Positions 52,901 to 64,000 of a stretch of DNA of 64,000 nt are shown piece after piece. Position 1 is the first letter of the stretch. Each line of letters begins with the position of its first letter. The translations under genes and the position numbers were made by a program. The stretch is from Balanoglossus misakiensis (taxonomy: Eukaryota; Animalia; Hemichordata), in assembly GCA_040954595.2 (NCBI GenBank), contig CM082578.2, positions 7,115,519-7,179,518 on the forward strand. Reading direction: 5' to 3'. Below the pieces are notes generated by a model. The model was not told where the DNA came from, ran no database searches, and saw only the letters and a program-made list of their open reading frames with translations.

Positions 52901-55900
52901 TCTAATTATTGGTGTGCAGGCAACAGTCTCAAATTTTATTTGGACCTCACCCATCAACAGGTTTCAATCCGTAACAATTCCTATCTATTGTTTTCTCTGT
53001 TTAACTTGTTCAATATTTCTTTTCTGAATATCCCTTTTGAGAGAAAAGCTCACATCTTTGTTGAAACTAGTAGGGCATTATTGATCCATTCTTTAATATC
53101 TAAGCTCTTGTGAAACTGTATACCTTGTGGGGGTTTGCAAACATGAATTTCCTGTTGGAAACCATAGTGCTTGCATTTGTCTGTGATGTCACCTTATGAC
53201 CCTGGCTGTTACAGTGGTAAAGATGTCTGTAATCTATAGATTAATTTATCCAATTTAATTCCTTGAAATTTTTGTTGCAGGAAATTTGTTCTGCAACCTC
53301 ACATACTTTTTCAATGAAAACCCAAAACCCACATAATGTGCAGTTATTTTTATGTAGAAAAATTGACACACTTGCACTTTCCCACTTTTTGCATGTATAA
53401 AATTACAGAAAGTGCACACTTGCTGTCACAGTGTGTTTGTATTTTATTTTTATGTGCATCTGTAACTGAAAGTGAAACACTGGTTTACTCAGTTCAAGAT
53501 GCCCATAGCATCCAAACCGCCCAGTATCCTGACAGAAGACAGGTTAGCAAGTCAATGAACCCAATCCATTCCAGCAATTCATTCCAATCTTATCACTGTT
53601 TACACCATCACTATTCACTAACTAGCCCTTTCCAGACCCAGTGTCCTTATCTTCAAGAAACAGCACTTGACAAAGCGATCACATTACCAATGATGTCACA
53701 ATCACTCTTCGCAGGATACACATTGGATATCCGATACCCTCATAAAAAATCAACCACCGGACAGATTTCCCTTTGCACTGCTTTGTCAGTTCCTTCTCTG
53801 TGTTCTTTGAGGTCACCCGGGATCACCATCTGGGCCTGTTGTGTCATGTTTGTTGTGCTAAGAACAGTGTGCCCTCTAACAAGCATGATTTAGAGTTGGC
53901 CATGTACCTTTAAATGTAATTTTCAGAAATTTCTTGCATTGCCAGAGAGTTAGTTGAGTCAGTGGTGCGTTGTAACTTGTATTGGCTTTTTAGAGAGAAC
54001 ACACTGGCTGACAATAGTATTGCATGCCTAAATTTAGGTTCATGCATACATGTATGTGTTAGCAGGAATGCCGTAGCGTACGTGACTGAATCTAACAGCA
54101 AAGGCAACTGTGTACATTCATGTACATGTTTTCCAAGGCTCCAAGTAGCTGCCAATGTTTTGATAAAGGATCACATGTATAACTGCATTGGCAAGTGTGA
54201 TTCTCGTATCTTCTAACCCTGATGACATACTTTTGAACATTTCTATTGTCTCCACAGATGTTGACGAAACACCAAGGGGACCTCACATCGTCCGAGAACC
54301 GCAAGACACAATCTTCGACAAGGATTCCAATCTTGTCAGCATATCCATGGAATGCGAGGCAGATGGCTTTCCGAGACCATCCTACAAGTGGTTCAAAAAC
54401 GACGCGGAGATTAACATTCTACAGGACGACAGGCTTACTTTGATGGAAGGAACGCTGACCATATCCCAGCCGAGAGACAACGTTGATCAAGGTTCCTACA
54501 GGTGCCAAGCTGAAAATATATTTGGGATTGTCATCAGTAGGAAAGCAGAGTTACTATTTGGATGTGAGTATCTGACAAAAATTTTCAGGAAAAAAAATTG
54601 AGAATACGCCTTTCCAGAATTATTGTCAAAGTTCAAAGTCATCAGAACAGTGTAATAAATTGTGGAAATGTTACCAGAGTAATTGCCATTTAATTCTTGG
54701 CAATTATTTTTGCTGCATTGTTTTGGTCATAGAATGTTATACCTTCTTCATAGAAGAAGTTTGTGTATAAGAAAACAATTAAAAAGAATTTAACATGAAG
54801 TGATAAACTATTTGCAATGTGTCAGTAATTTTGCATTATGTCTTTGATCTGTTTTATATGTAATAAGTTATTGTGTTATGCCTTTCCACAGACGTTGATC
54901 CATTTCCCACCAGAGCGCAGCCACCCAAGATAGCAACTGCAAACCTTGGATTTATGTTGGAATGCAAGCCCCCAGATGCTTTTCCTGGTAAATACAGAAT
55001 ATATTTTTATTACTAAATATTGGGCTGAGGTTGCACTTTATAATGCACTCTACTGTAAATGCCTTGGCACCTTTAACCCTTTCACCTCATTGGTTTGGTC
55101 CAAATCCATTGTTTTCTATGGTAAAGTTGGACCTCTGAAGAGGAAATTGGGGTTGAAAGGGTTGAAAGAGATACTTTGTTTGCCATCAGATTTTTTTCCT
55201 AAAATATGCCTGCCCAGCAGGTGGAAAAGTAGGGGAATGAAAGAGAGAAATCAAACAACATGTAAACTGGCTTTTTTAAAGTTTTTTGGTTTTTGTTAAT
55301 TCATGATAGTGTTAACATTGTGATTTCGGCTTTCTGATTCCCCGAAAATACACCCACATGCTGGTGGCATACAAAGAATCATTATCTAGTGTTTTGCCTG
55401 TGGAGTTCTCCATGGTTGATGGTCACACATCAGGTGTATACATTCACACAGGAGGTTTTCACAATCTGTCAAATGTACTTTTGCATGCACATGTTGCTGT
55501 GATTTGATATAACTCATGAACCCTGGGTGAACTGAGGCATTTGTTCCCCCCCCCCCCTCCCTCCCCCCAAAAAGACGAAGAAAATCCCAAATATTTACTA
55601 CTCACATCCGCATGCCTTTATAGCATATCTGGTCGAAATTATTAGGGCATGACTTTTCTTTGAAAAGTAGATATTCCAGAGAAAATAACGTGGCAGTAGT
55701 TCCACTTTTCCCTTGATTTTTTGGGGGAAATACTCAGATGCCAAGGTTGCTCAAGGGTGAATCACAGGTCACAATTAACAGACATGTACATATTACGTAC
55801 CCATAAACTTGGTCAACTTATATGGTGCATCGGTATCAGTGGCTTGATGTATTGGGTAAAATAAAAATTCATGTATGCAAATAACTTGTCACAATATAAA

Positions 55901-58900
55901 TACAATTCACATTCAGAAACCACCAGTTTTGACTAACAGATACTGAATTAAGTTTATCAAAAATCCTAATCTTGCATGTTCTAACAATTTATATAAAACA
56001 TTGTCTAAGTTCTAGTGACTCTGCAATTCTTGCATGAACTATAAATGAAATTAAAACTGCATTTGGTCGGTTGCTATTTTTTGCCACTCTTTTGTGCACC
56101 TAACTGCAAATTGATTTTTTGCTATTTTTCCCCATTTTTCAAAATTGATAACAGAGTCTGTGGTGGAATGTAAGTAGTGAGTCAGCTGGATACAATTTTT
56201 ACAAAAACTGTAGCAGGTAGTAGAAGTGATGAGGTTTAATGGACAGCTTAAATATCTGGGTTGGCAGTTTTTCATGTACAAATTGTGTCAAGGGTTAAAA
56301 TTTACCGTGGGAGCAAAATTGCCATCTTTTGATGCTGTTTGGTTATTGTGAACATTTTTACTTTATGTTGCCTGAAAAATACCTTATTATTCAGAAATGC
56401 AGTTTTGTGCTTGGCTCTATATGTTAAAATCTGGCTGAGAGTGACGATTGACCAGTGACAATCAGGAGCCAATTTGCTTTGCAGATAACAATACTATGAT
56501 CCCAAATGAGGGAAAAAATTAACATATAAGGATGGCAATTTCCCCCTTGTAATGAATTGGTACAAGATGCTAATCAATTAACGTAAAAAAGATCATGTTT
56601 GACCATGGTGGTAACCTGGAAATCCAAGGTTTAACATTAGCCATACTCGCAGTTCTCAAGTATTTGAGAATTCCACGGCAAACGTGTCAATTTACATGTT
56701 TGGTGGCACATTTTAGGAAACCCACCCAATGTGCACACTTTGCCCTGTACGCTTGGTGGGAGAAAATTTCACAGGGGTAACTTGATGCTGTTGAGAACTG
56801 CGATGTAGGGCTGTGATCAGGCGGCCACCTGTAGTCAAAATACTAACTGGGAACTAACCTCTTTTAGGGCAGAGTGGGAGATAAACTGTGACTTTGTGAT
56901 CTCAAGTCAAGTGTCAATTCTCAGTGTTTTCTGGTCTAGGCTGCGTCCAGCAGTGAATGAACTAAAATGGATGGTGGGATTATTGGCTTTGGGTGTTATG
57001 TCTGGTGGGAGAGTAGATAATTCCTTGCAGAAAACTGAACGATAAGATATTGGTGATCAGCAATGGCATGCTGCTAACTCTTGGATGATTTGCAGACCAT
57101 CAGTTGCCCTCTCACGGTGGTTAGATTTCCCCCAGATTTCATTCAGGAAATAAAAAATCACGGCTTGCAAAGAGCAAGAAAAGGGAATGAATTTCTGTTT
57201 CAACTGACCAAACGAAAAAATGCAATACGCTGTTTCAGCAATCTGCATTAGCGCTTGTTGAATTCTTGATGGAGTTAAAGTTTCTATGTGATTTTTTCGA
57301 CTGATTTGCTTTCATTTTTGAGCAGTGTCGTGCCAGCGTCGCCTTGTCTTTTTCAGTTCTAATTCTTATCAAGCAAATTGCAACAGTGACAGCATATATT
57401 GTCGTGTCCCTTCCAGGCTTGGATGACAGCTCTGGCTGTCCAGAGAATCTCTTGGAAATAAAAATAAACATCTTGAAGTGGTGTTTGGTTTCAAACAATA
57501 ATTGTCTGCATGTCTGCAGTTGGTATGGGTTCATGTGGACTCAGTCTGTGTCAACATCTGCCAGTATTATAATGTCTTGTATTCATTTCATCTCAACATG
57601 GGGTGTATAGACATATCAGAGGTCATCACATGTGTGTATATTTCGAGCAGATGTAAAGTGTGATATTTGTGTTGCTAAAAATTGTGTAAGTAAAAGTATA
57701 CCAGTGGCTGAGATGTGAGATCGGAATGCATTGCAGTGAGTCATTTGTTTTGCCTTGTAGGTTGGCATTTTTAAAGTCATGTCAAAATGATAATAACTGT
57801 GGTATATTAATGAAGTTTAATACATACATAACTTTTATATTAAAGTGAAGATAAACAGTCTGATAATCTTGGGGAGGTCCCCAGAAATGTTAAAAGGAAG
57901 TATGTTTTCAAATCTGATTAAAGGGGAAATTCAGTCTTGCTGATTTTTACTAATGTGCTAGCATTGGGTTCAGTTACTCAAGAATGACCAATTTTCGCCA
58001 GGTAAAATGATAAGACAACATTTCTCTCTGATTTCTACAGCTCTGACGTTTTTCTGGTACAAGGATTCGGAGGCCAACTTTGTGCGTGAGAGTGGTCGTG
58101 TGATGGTGGCCAGCAACGGTAACCTGTACTTCGCCAAAGTTGAAGAGCAGGACGACGGAAATTACTTCTGCGTTGTGAAGAGCTCCCTCGATCCAGTGGG
58201 CACTGGTGCCGGACAGGACTTGAGAATCAGCAAACCTATAGATGTCACTGTCGTGTCCAACACCTGTAAGTTTTTATAGGTCACCTGACCTCTCCTGTCC
58301 CAGCAGGCCTGACTTTCATCACATTCTAACATGTACAATATAGATTATAGCTCTGCTTAACACAAAATTTTGTTTATATTATTCTCATATCTGTTGTTCC
58401 GCATCTTTCATGTACAGTCGATGGTTACAGACCACCACGTGTATCTCATGCTGTACAGGACCAGGTTGTCTTGGAGGGTGAAGATGTCAGGTTGGAGTGT
58501 TTCTTTGAAGGAAGGTAGGTCAGAGGTCAAATTGTCTGCCATAAGTAGTCTACCCCAAGATATTGTGTTTTGTTAATACCCAGATCTCATCACAAGATTA
58601 CCCACTGACTTCCAAATTGTACTTTTGTTTTGTCTTGTTTTATTTCACAGCCCAGTTCCCAGACTCTCCTGGCAACGTACGGCGCCCAAATCGAAGCTCA
58701 TCCCCAGATCGGCAACCTATGATAATCAAAACCAAGTTCTGATTCTGCGCAAGATCCGACTGGAAGACGCCGGTAACTACCAGTGCGTGGCAGCCAGCAG
58801 TCCAAACGATGATCCCAACACACAGGAACAGACCGCCTCTTCAACTGGTACAATTGATGTCAGAGGTACGTACAATGTAACAGTATACACATATTGACTG

Positions 58901-61900
58901 GCCTTTACGGTAATTGAGCATATATATAGCTGTTTGTGTCAGAGAATGTGATAGCCCCAATGGTCTGTTCACCCTTGAAGGAACAGACCATTATGGGGTG
59001 ATACATACCCAAGGGGGAGGAGGTGTCAGTATCCGAATGTGGCCAGTCAGTCTCAGAATTTATCTTTGCGTGAATTTTGTTTAATCATTCACATTCCTAA
59101 GCCCTGGCCAAGGATGTTATGAAGATGCACAAATGGCAGTATTTTGTACCTCCGTGTACATGCATTCGAATTAATCATCACATACATACATTTCTATTAC
59201 AGCACCACCCAAGTGGGTGAAGCAGCTGGACAACGTAGATGCAGACATCGAGTCGAACGCTATCTTTGAGTGCGAGGCTGCAGGCACAGAGCCGATCCAG
59301 TACAACTGGTACCGCAACGGAGAGCTACTCACCGTCAGGGCCAGACACAGCTTCAGCAACAACCGCAAGAGGCTGAGCATCGTAGATCTGCAACAGGACG
59401 ACAGCGCCATGTTTCAGTGCCAGGCGTCCAATGTTCTGCTCAACAAAGAGAGGGCCATCTATTCGACCGGACAGCTCAGAGTGCTCGGTGAGTTTGAATT
59501 AGTCTTGCATGTACAGCAAAACCTGTCTAAACAGCTAGACCCCTGTCTAATCTGGGAGCCTGTCTATATCGAACACCTTTTCCCGTTCCTTTGACATAGA
59601 ACCACATGTTAAAAGAACCTCTGCAAACCGAACAATTTATTCATTCCCTTTGGTGTTCGGTTGTGACAGGTTTTACTGTTGAAGTGCTGGAGATTGAGTT
59701 GTTAATTTGACCACATGACAATAGAATATGTTTTGACTAGAAGAGAGCTTCTTGGCAATTTTTGACACACCGATCATTTTCTTTCAATTCTGTAGCTCTT
59801 GAACCTTCCTTTGACAAAAACCCCATGGTCCAGAACCAACCGGCTGCAAAGAACGGCAACGTGACCATCGTGTGTGATCCGGAGGCCGCGCCAAAGCCAC
59901 AGTACACCTGGTTTCACAACAACGTAGAGGTGAACACCGGAGGGCGCTATACCATCTTGGAAAATGGCAATTTGTTCATATCTGGAGTAGTGGCCAGTGA
60001 TGGTGGCAGATACAGGTGCAAAGTTGAGAACTATCTGGGCGTGGCTGAGGATGAAGGACAACTGATAATAAGAGGTTGGTGGACTTTTGTAGGATAGTTA
60101 GTTGTCTGTGTGTGTTTGTTCAATGTGTACATTTATAGCTGTTGTAATACAGTCTCATCTGGAGAAATAGCTTAAAATTGTGTCAATATACATTGTATGT
60201 GGTCTATGTTGTTAGGTCTGAAAATATTCATAAACTGCAAACTTGATTGACTTACAGTGAGAAGTAAAGCTTTGACAGCTTTCTTATTTTGACGTATGAT
60301 TACATGTAGTAGTATACATTGTATATCTAAATTTATCTGACTATAAGAATTTGATTATGCCAATCCGAGTTGACACTTAGCTTCAGATTTCTCATAACTC
60401 CCCCCAAATGGTGGAAAAATCCTGTCTGGGCAAGTTATCGCTTTAATAACCCTTTCACCCCCAGTTTGCTCTATAGCGGTCCAAACTTTGGATTTGGACT
60501 GGACCATTGTGGTAAAAGGGTTGAGTTGTGAATGTGTTGGTCTGTACTCTGAACACATTTTCTAGTACACCCTCTGTAATCCAGTAAACACATACACTGA
60601 TATTGAAATCAGTGCGAAGTGCACAAGCCAGCGCTGCCAAATTTACCCTTGATGATATACATCCCTGTGTAACACTATAGGAAAAAGTGCAAATATCCAC
60701 ATGTGCCCAAATCCAAGTAGTCTTGCTACATTTCTGAGCTACTCTTTTGATGTTGCTGCCTCAGTTGCTCGTTTTGTCAAGGTTTCTCGGTGAAATATTT
60801 TGTTATGTGGTCAAACTTGTCTATATTGGTGTATCTAGTGAAAACAGAATTGTTGAAGTACAGTGTATAAGCTCAATGTTTATTTCTTTCACTCATAGAA
60901 AAATTCATTTCTTCTTCACTCTCGCTCACAATTCTCTAGATCCATTGCAAAAGCGCGCATCAGCCAAATTCGCCACCACATCGTAGCATTAGCGTTTCCT
61001 CCTCTTTTTTATTTGTTAACCTCTTTGTTTATTTTTCTTCATGAAATGTTTCTGGTGTTGGTCACCAAATGCTCTGGTGCAGAGCCACTAGGTAAGCTGT
61101 CGGCACGGTACGAAAAGCACACCAGATTGTTGCATGAGCAATAAAAAAAACGTGACCTGTAGAGGGCGCGGTGTCACCAGCTTTTCAGCCATGTATAAAT
61201 ATAGAACGTGGCTGTTTATATTGTCTATTGTATTGTGTACGCCATAGAGTGGCACACACACACACTATAAATACATGTGCACTCTAGCAGCTGCATGTCT
61301 GTCCTGGAAACGATGGATTTCCAGTCTCTGTGCACACACATATAGCAAGCAGTTTCACAGAATTATTAAACGTAGTTTTTTCTAACAAATTCTAAGCATT
61401 GTCAGATTTTTGCTGCTCATCCGGCGTAGACAGAGTGTTTTTTGCAGTATTGTGGCTAGTGCAAGTAATTTTCAAAGTCTTATACATGTTTAACCCTTTC
61501 ACCCCTATTATATTGTGCGGTTCCAACCAAACCACATTGAGTAAAAGGGTTGGATTATACAGTATGGTTATTCATACCAAAGGGAATTCATAATTACACT
61601 CCAAGAATATGCTTCTACTCTTCCAGAAATTCCTTTTCAATCAATCTGATTTTAGCTGTCATTTGGAAATGAAAGTGATATCTTAGGTGGCAATGTGTTG
61701 CAGATATTATGATTTATGAATTGAAAACAGTGCACAGATATTGGCTGACCATTGAGATAATGGCGTGCCTCTATCTTCATACTTTATGTTTCTTCATTGA
61801 GATGTATGTGCACACATGCACAGATAATGTGAGGGCAGCAGTTGCCAGAACTGTTAGTGCCTAGTCAGTTCAAAAACTGTTACAGTTGTTATAACTGTTG

Positions 61901-64000
61901 CCTTATCAGGCAATGTTAGGTACCAGTACTATGTTACAGTTCTAAAACTTTTAACAGCTAACATTCTTGTGTGCATGTCAATGCAAAAATAGCATGTTCC
62001 GTATAATAATGTTTGGACCAAGAATAGCACAGAAAATGAACCATTTCTGATACAACAAGCAATGTACTCTTGTTGACATTGTTCAAGGCTGCAAAAAAAA
62101 AAAAAAAAAATGCAGATTTTGCCATTTTATCAAAATCACATTATATTTGGGGAAATCTAGTATATTGTCAAATTTTCAATAAGCATCGTCCATAGTTTAC
62201 ATATGTCGTGCAGTAAGACATGGGGGTTGCATGGCAAACTAAATCTATATTAAGAAAATCAGTGAACCCAGTACTATTGGTCATCATCCATATAAATATG
62301 GTACTTATTGTTTGTTGAGATTTTTTTCACTACACATGTAGGCTTGACTTCAGTGGCTGACAACGATGAATTTTACACACTGTCTTCTAAATTAGACTAG
62401 TGCGGCTGGTTTTCCTAATCTATTACATTTTTGACTCTTCTTTTCCTATTCCAATAGATGGGACGGTAATCACCAAATGGCCCATGTCAAAAACCATGGA
62501 AGTGGGCGAAAGCACAACACTAGACTGCCGTGCCACCAGCGATCCACTGTTGGATCTCACCTACATCTGGATGTTGGACAACCGGCAGATTGACATCGAC
62601 GAAGATCCTCACTATAAAAGGGTACGTCACTGTTTAATAATCACCTAGGGGGGGCATGAATAATTAAGATATGTGAATGGATAATACCATGGATGAGGTG
62701 GGTTCATGTACTCCCTAGGATTTTGGGAAAGTGAAAGTGCTAATTTGCATAACAATGCAATTAATTATTATGTTAATTAAGTTATATTGTCTTCTCAAAA
62801 TTAAAGAGTGGTGGCCACCATTGCTCTGGGGAGAGCACTAGAGTGAAAACAGTCATTGAATAAAAAATGGGCCATATGTGTCATGTCCTATGAAATTATA
62901 ACTTGTCAATGAATCAACTCCACTAATACGTTACTTAACATCTGGTTAGATTAGTATCTGACAATTAACCCGTGGTGGCCTTATCTCATGTTCCTTGTCC
63001 TTTTCACCTCAGTTGAAGGATGGAAACTTGGAGATTGTGGATGCTGGTTTGCAGCATGGGGGTGTGTACAAATGCGTTGCACTCACCACCATCGATGAAG
63101 TCTCCAGGTCTGCCAGTGTTATCATAAAAGGTGAGCTCATGTACAACTTGATGAGTACCATAAAGACCATATTTAACCCTTTGGAGGGGTCCGATGTTGC
63201 AATGCTGAAAAACAATGAAGTTGTACCAAACCATGGTTATTTGCTGGATATTTCTCCATAGAGTTGGATGAAACTTCTTTCTTTCATTCTGTGTTTAATA
63301 TATCCAGCATCAAAATGAAATCACTTTTTTCTGCATCGAGATTAACCAACACATTTGTTCCGCTTCTACACAGGCCCACCTGGTCCACCAGCTGGGGTGA
63401 TAGCATCTGATGTAACAGCCAACTCTTGCCAACTCCGATGGAGTAAAGGATCTGAAAGTAACGACCCGATTAAAAGCTACACCATAGAATCCAGGACAGG
63501 CTATGAACCAGAGTGGGTTGTGGAAAGAGACAGTAAGTTGATGATTGACATTCATGATTTGTTGTTGAGGGACAAGTGCCAACAGTGAAGTGGTTAGAAT
63601 AGTGAGTTTTTGCCACCTTAGGTCTCTCCTGAACATCCAAACCACAGAATATCAAATCCGGGCAGCCCCTATTTTATTGTGTGTTAAAGGGGATTCCTGG
63701 GACCTTTGACTTATCTTTCCCGCCCCCCCCCCCCCCCCCCTTCCCCCTTTACAAAGACCTTAACCCTCTCCCCCTACTTAAAATGGTGTCATGTAATTCT
63801 CTTTGCCTCTTTGGTCAATTTATCACAGGGTGTCATGAGAAAAATGCTCATTTTTAAAAAGCTACTAAAAGGGTAAAATATTTATGTATAAAGAGATTTT
63901 TGTGGATGTTGTTCTCAAATTCATCCTGATTTTACAGACATACCACCCACTGGTTTGTCGGTCGGCCTCAACAACCTGTCTCCATGGAGTGAATACGAGT
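49871..64000 (+). CDS. CNTN: Contactin-family Ig/FN3 adhesion protein, spliced gene span, 12 coding exons visible, truncated by window end
   Basis: SP + 6 Ig + GPPGPP hinge + FN3-1 (LSPWSEYE), all phases compatible, ~687 codons in the window. GPHIVREPQDTIF and IIKGPPGPPAGV resemble contactins. The GPI-anchor end is not visible, so the call is family-level. Confidence 0.88.
51043..52298. mobile_element. Non-autonomous TIR element with long modular inverted repeats
   Basis: Three inverted-repeat pairs, TA on both flanks, GC/CpG-rich interior, no transposase ORF. Confidence 0.8.
51085..51128. repeat. Perfect 22-bp tandem duplication CACCGGCTTTCTTTGAGGGGGC x2
   Basis: Direct reading. Confidence 0.95.
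54258..54563 (+). CDS. Contactin exon, Ig1
   Basis: ccacag/.../gtgagt, phase 1-1; MECEADGFPRPSYKW...DQGSYRCQAENIFG. Confidence 0.95.
54892..54987 (+). CDS. Contactin exon, Ig2 N-part
   Basis: ccacag/.../gtaaat, phase 1-1; YVDPFP...GFMLECKPPDAFP. Confidence 0.9.
55073..55165. mobile_element. MITE family A copy, opposite orientation to 3812
   Basis: TTAACCCTTTCACC...TGAAAGGGTTGA; interior matches the reverse complement of the 3812 copy. Confidence 0.72.
58041..58265 (+). CDS. Contactin exon, Ig2 C-part
   Basis: ctacag/.../gtaagt, phase 1-1; NGNLYFAKVEEQDDGNYFCVV. Confidence 0.94.
58418..58514 (+). CDS. Contactin exon, Ig3 N-half
   Basis: gtacag/.../gtaggt, phase 1-2; EGEDVRLECFFEG. Confidence 0.9.
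58651..58865 (+). CDS. Contactin exon, Ig3 C-half
   Basis: tcacag/.../gtacgt, phase 2-1; PVPRLSW...EDAGNYQC. Confidence 0.93.
59203..59487 (+). CDS. Contactin exon, Ig4
   Basis: ttacag/.../gtgagt, phase 1-1; FECEAAG...DSAMFQCQASN. Confidence 0.94.
59514..59678. mobile_element. pogo/Tigger-like MITE
   Basis: TA-CAGCAAAACCTGTC...GACAGGTTTTACTG with internal CCTGTCTA repeats. Confidence 0.6.
59796..60074 (+). CDS. Contactin exon, Ig5
   Basis: ctgtag/.../gttggt, phase 1-1; IVCDPEAAPKP...DGGRYRC. Confidence 0.94.
60446..60524. mobile_element. MITE family A copy (shortened)
   Basis: TAACCCTTTCACC...GGTAAAAGGGTTGA. Confidence 0.62.
61490..61552. mobile_element. MITE family A copy (degenerate)
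   Basis: TTAACCCTTTCACC...AAAAGGGTT. Confidence 0.5.
62458..62621 (+). CDS. Contactin exon, Ig6 N-half
   Basis: caatag/.../gtacgt, phase 1-0; VGESTTLDCRATSDPLLDLTYIW. Confidence 0.93.
63013..63130 (+). CDS. Contactin exon, Ig6 C-half
   Basis: cctcag/.../gtgagc, phase 0-1; LQHGGVYKCVALT. Confidence 0.93.
63374..63532 (+). CDS. Contactin exon, FN3-1 N-half
   Basis: acacag/.../gtaagt, phase 1-1; GPPGPPAGV...QLRWSKG. Confidence 0.93.
63938..64000 (+). CDS. Contactin exon, FN3-1 C-half (partial)
   Basis: ttacag acceptor, phase 1; NIPPTGLSVGLNNLSPWSEYE. Confidence 0.9.

Noticed and set aside
53336-53893. 185-aa ORF and a 50-nt exon candidate (53493-53542) in the contactin intron
   Set aside because: No recognisable domain, and the candidate is phase 1-0, incompatible with the phase-1 Ig1 exon.
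1-64000. CRISPR arrays, tRNA/rRNA genes, retroelement or transposase ORFs
   Set aside because: No regularly spaced repeats, recognisable RNA gene sequence or RT/DDE motifs were seen.

Overview
Eukaryotic, intron-rich animal genomic DNA with AT-rich introns and GT-AG splice sites. It is probably from an invertebrate deuterostome, but the taxon is inference only. Nearly all ORFs in the supplied track are spurious or exon fragments. Manual splice-phase reconstruction gives two tandem + strand Ig-superfamily adhesion genes. (1) A complete L1-family gene (neuroglian/NrCAM/neurofascin/L1CAM-like): 22 core coding exons over 3186-35868, about 1252 aa, with signal peptide, 6 Ig, 5 FN3, TM, SFIGQY ankyrin motif and a C-terminal STFV. 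(2) A contactin-family gene from ATG 49871 that runs off the window end in FN3-1. The most interesting unexplained signals are frame-preserving candidate alternative exons in the L1 gene (57 nt and 9 nt, both behind long AG-free tracts), a possible alternative cytoplasmic exon, paired CArG boxes at the putative contactin promoter, CTCF-like motifs, and several MITE families including a nested insertion and a 1.26 kb element with long modular inverted repeats. No prokaryote-type system, CRISPR array, RNA gene or transposase ORF was found. I cannot claim a wholly new biological system from sequence alone.
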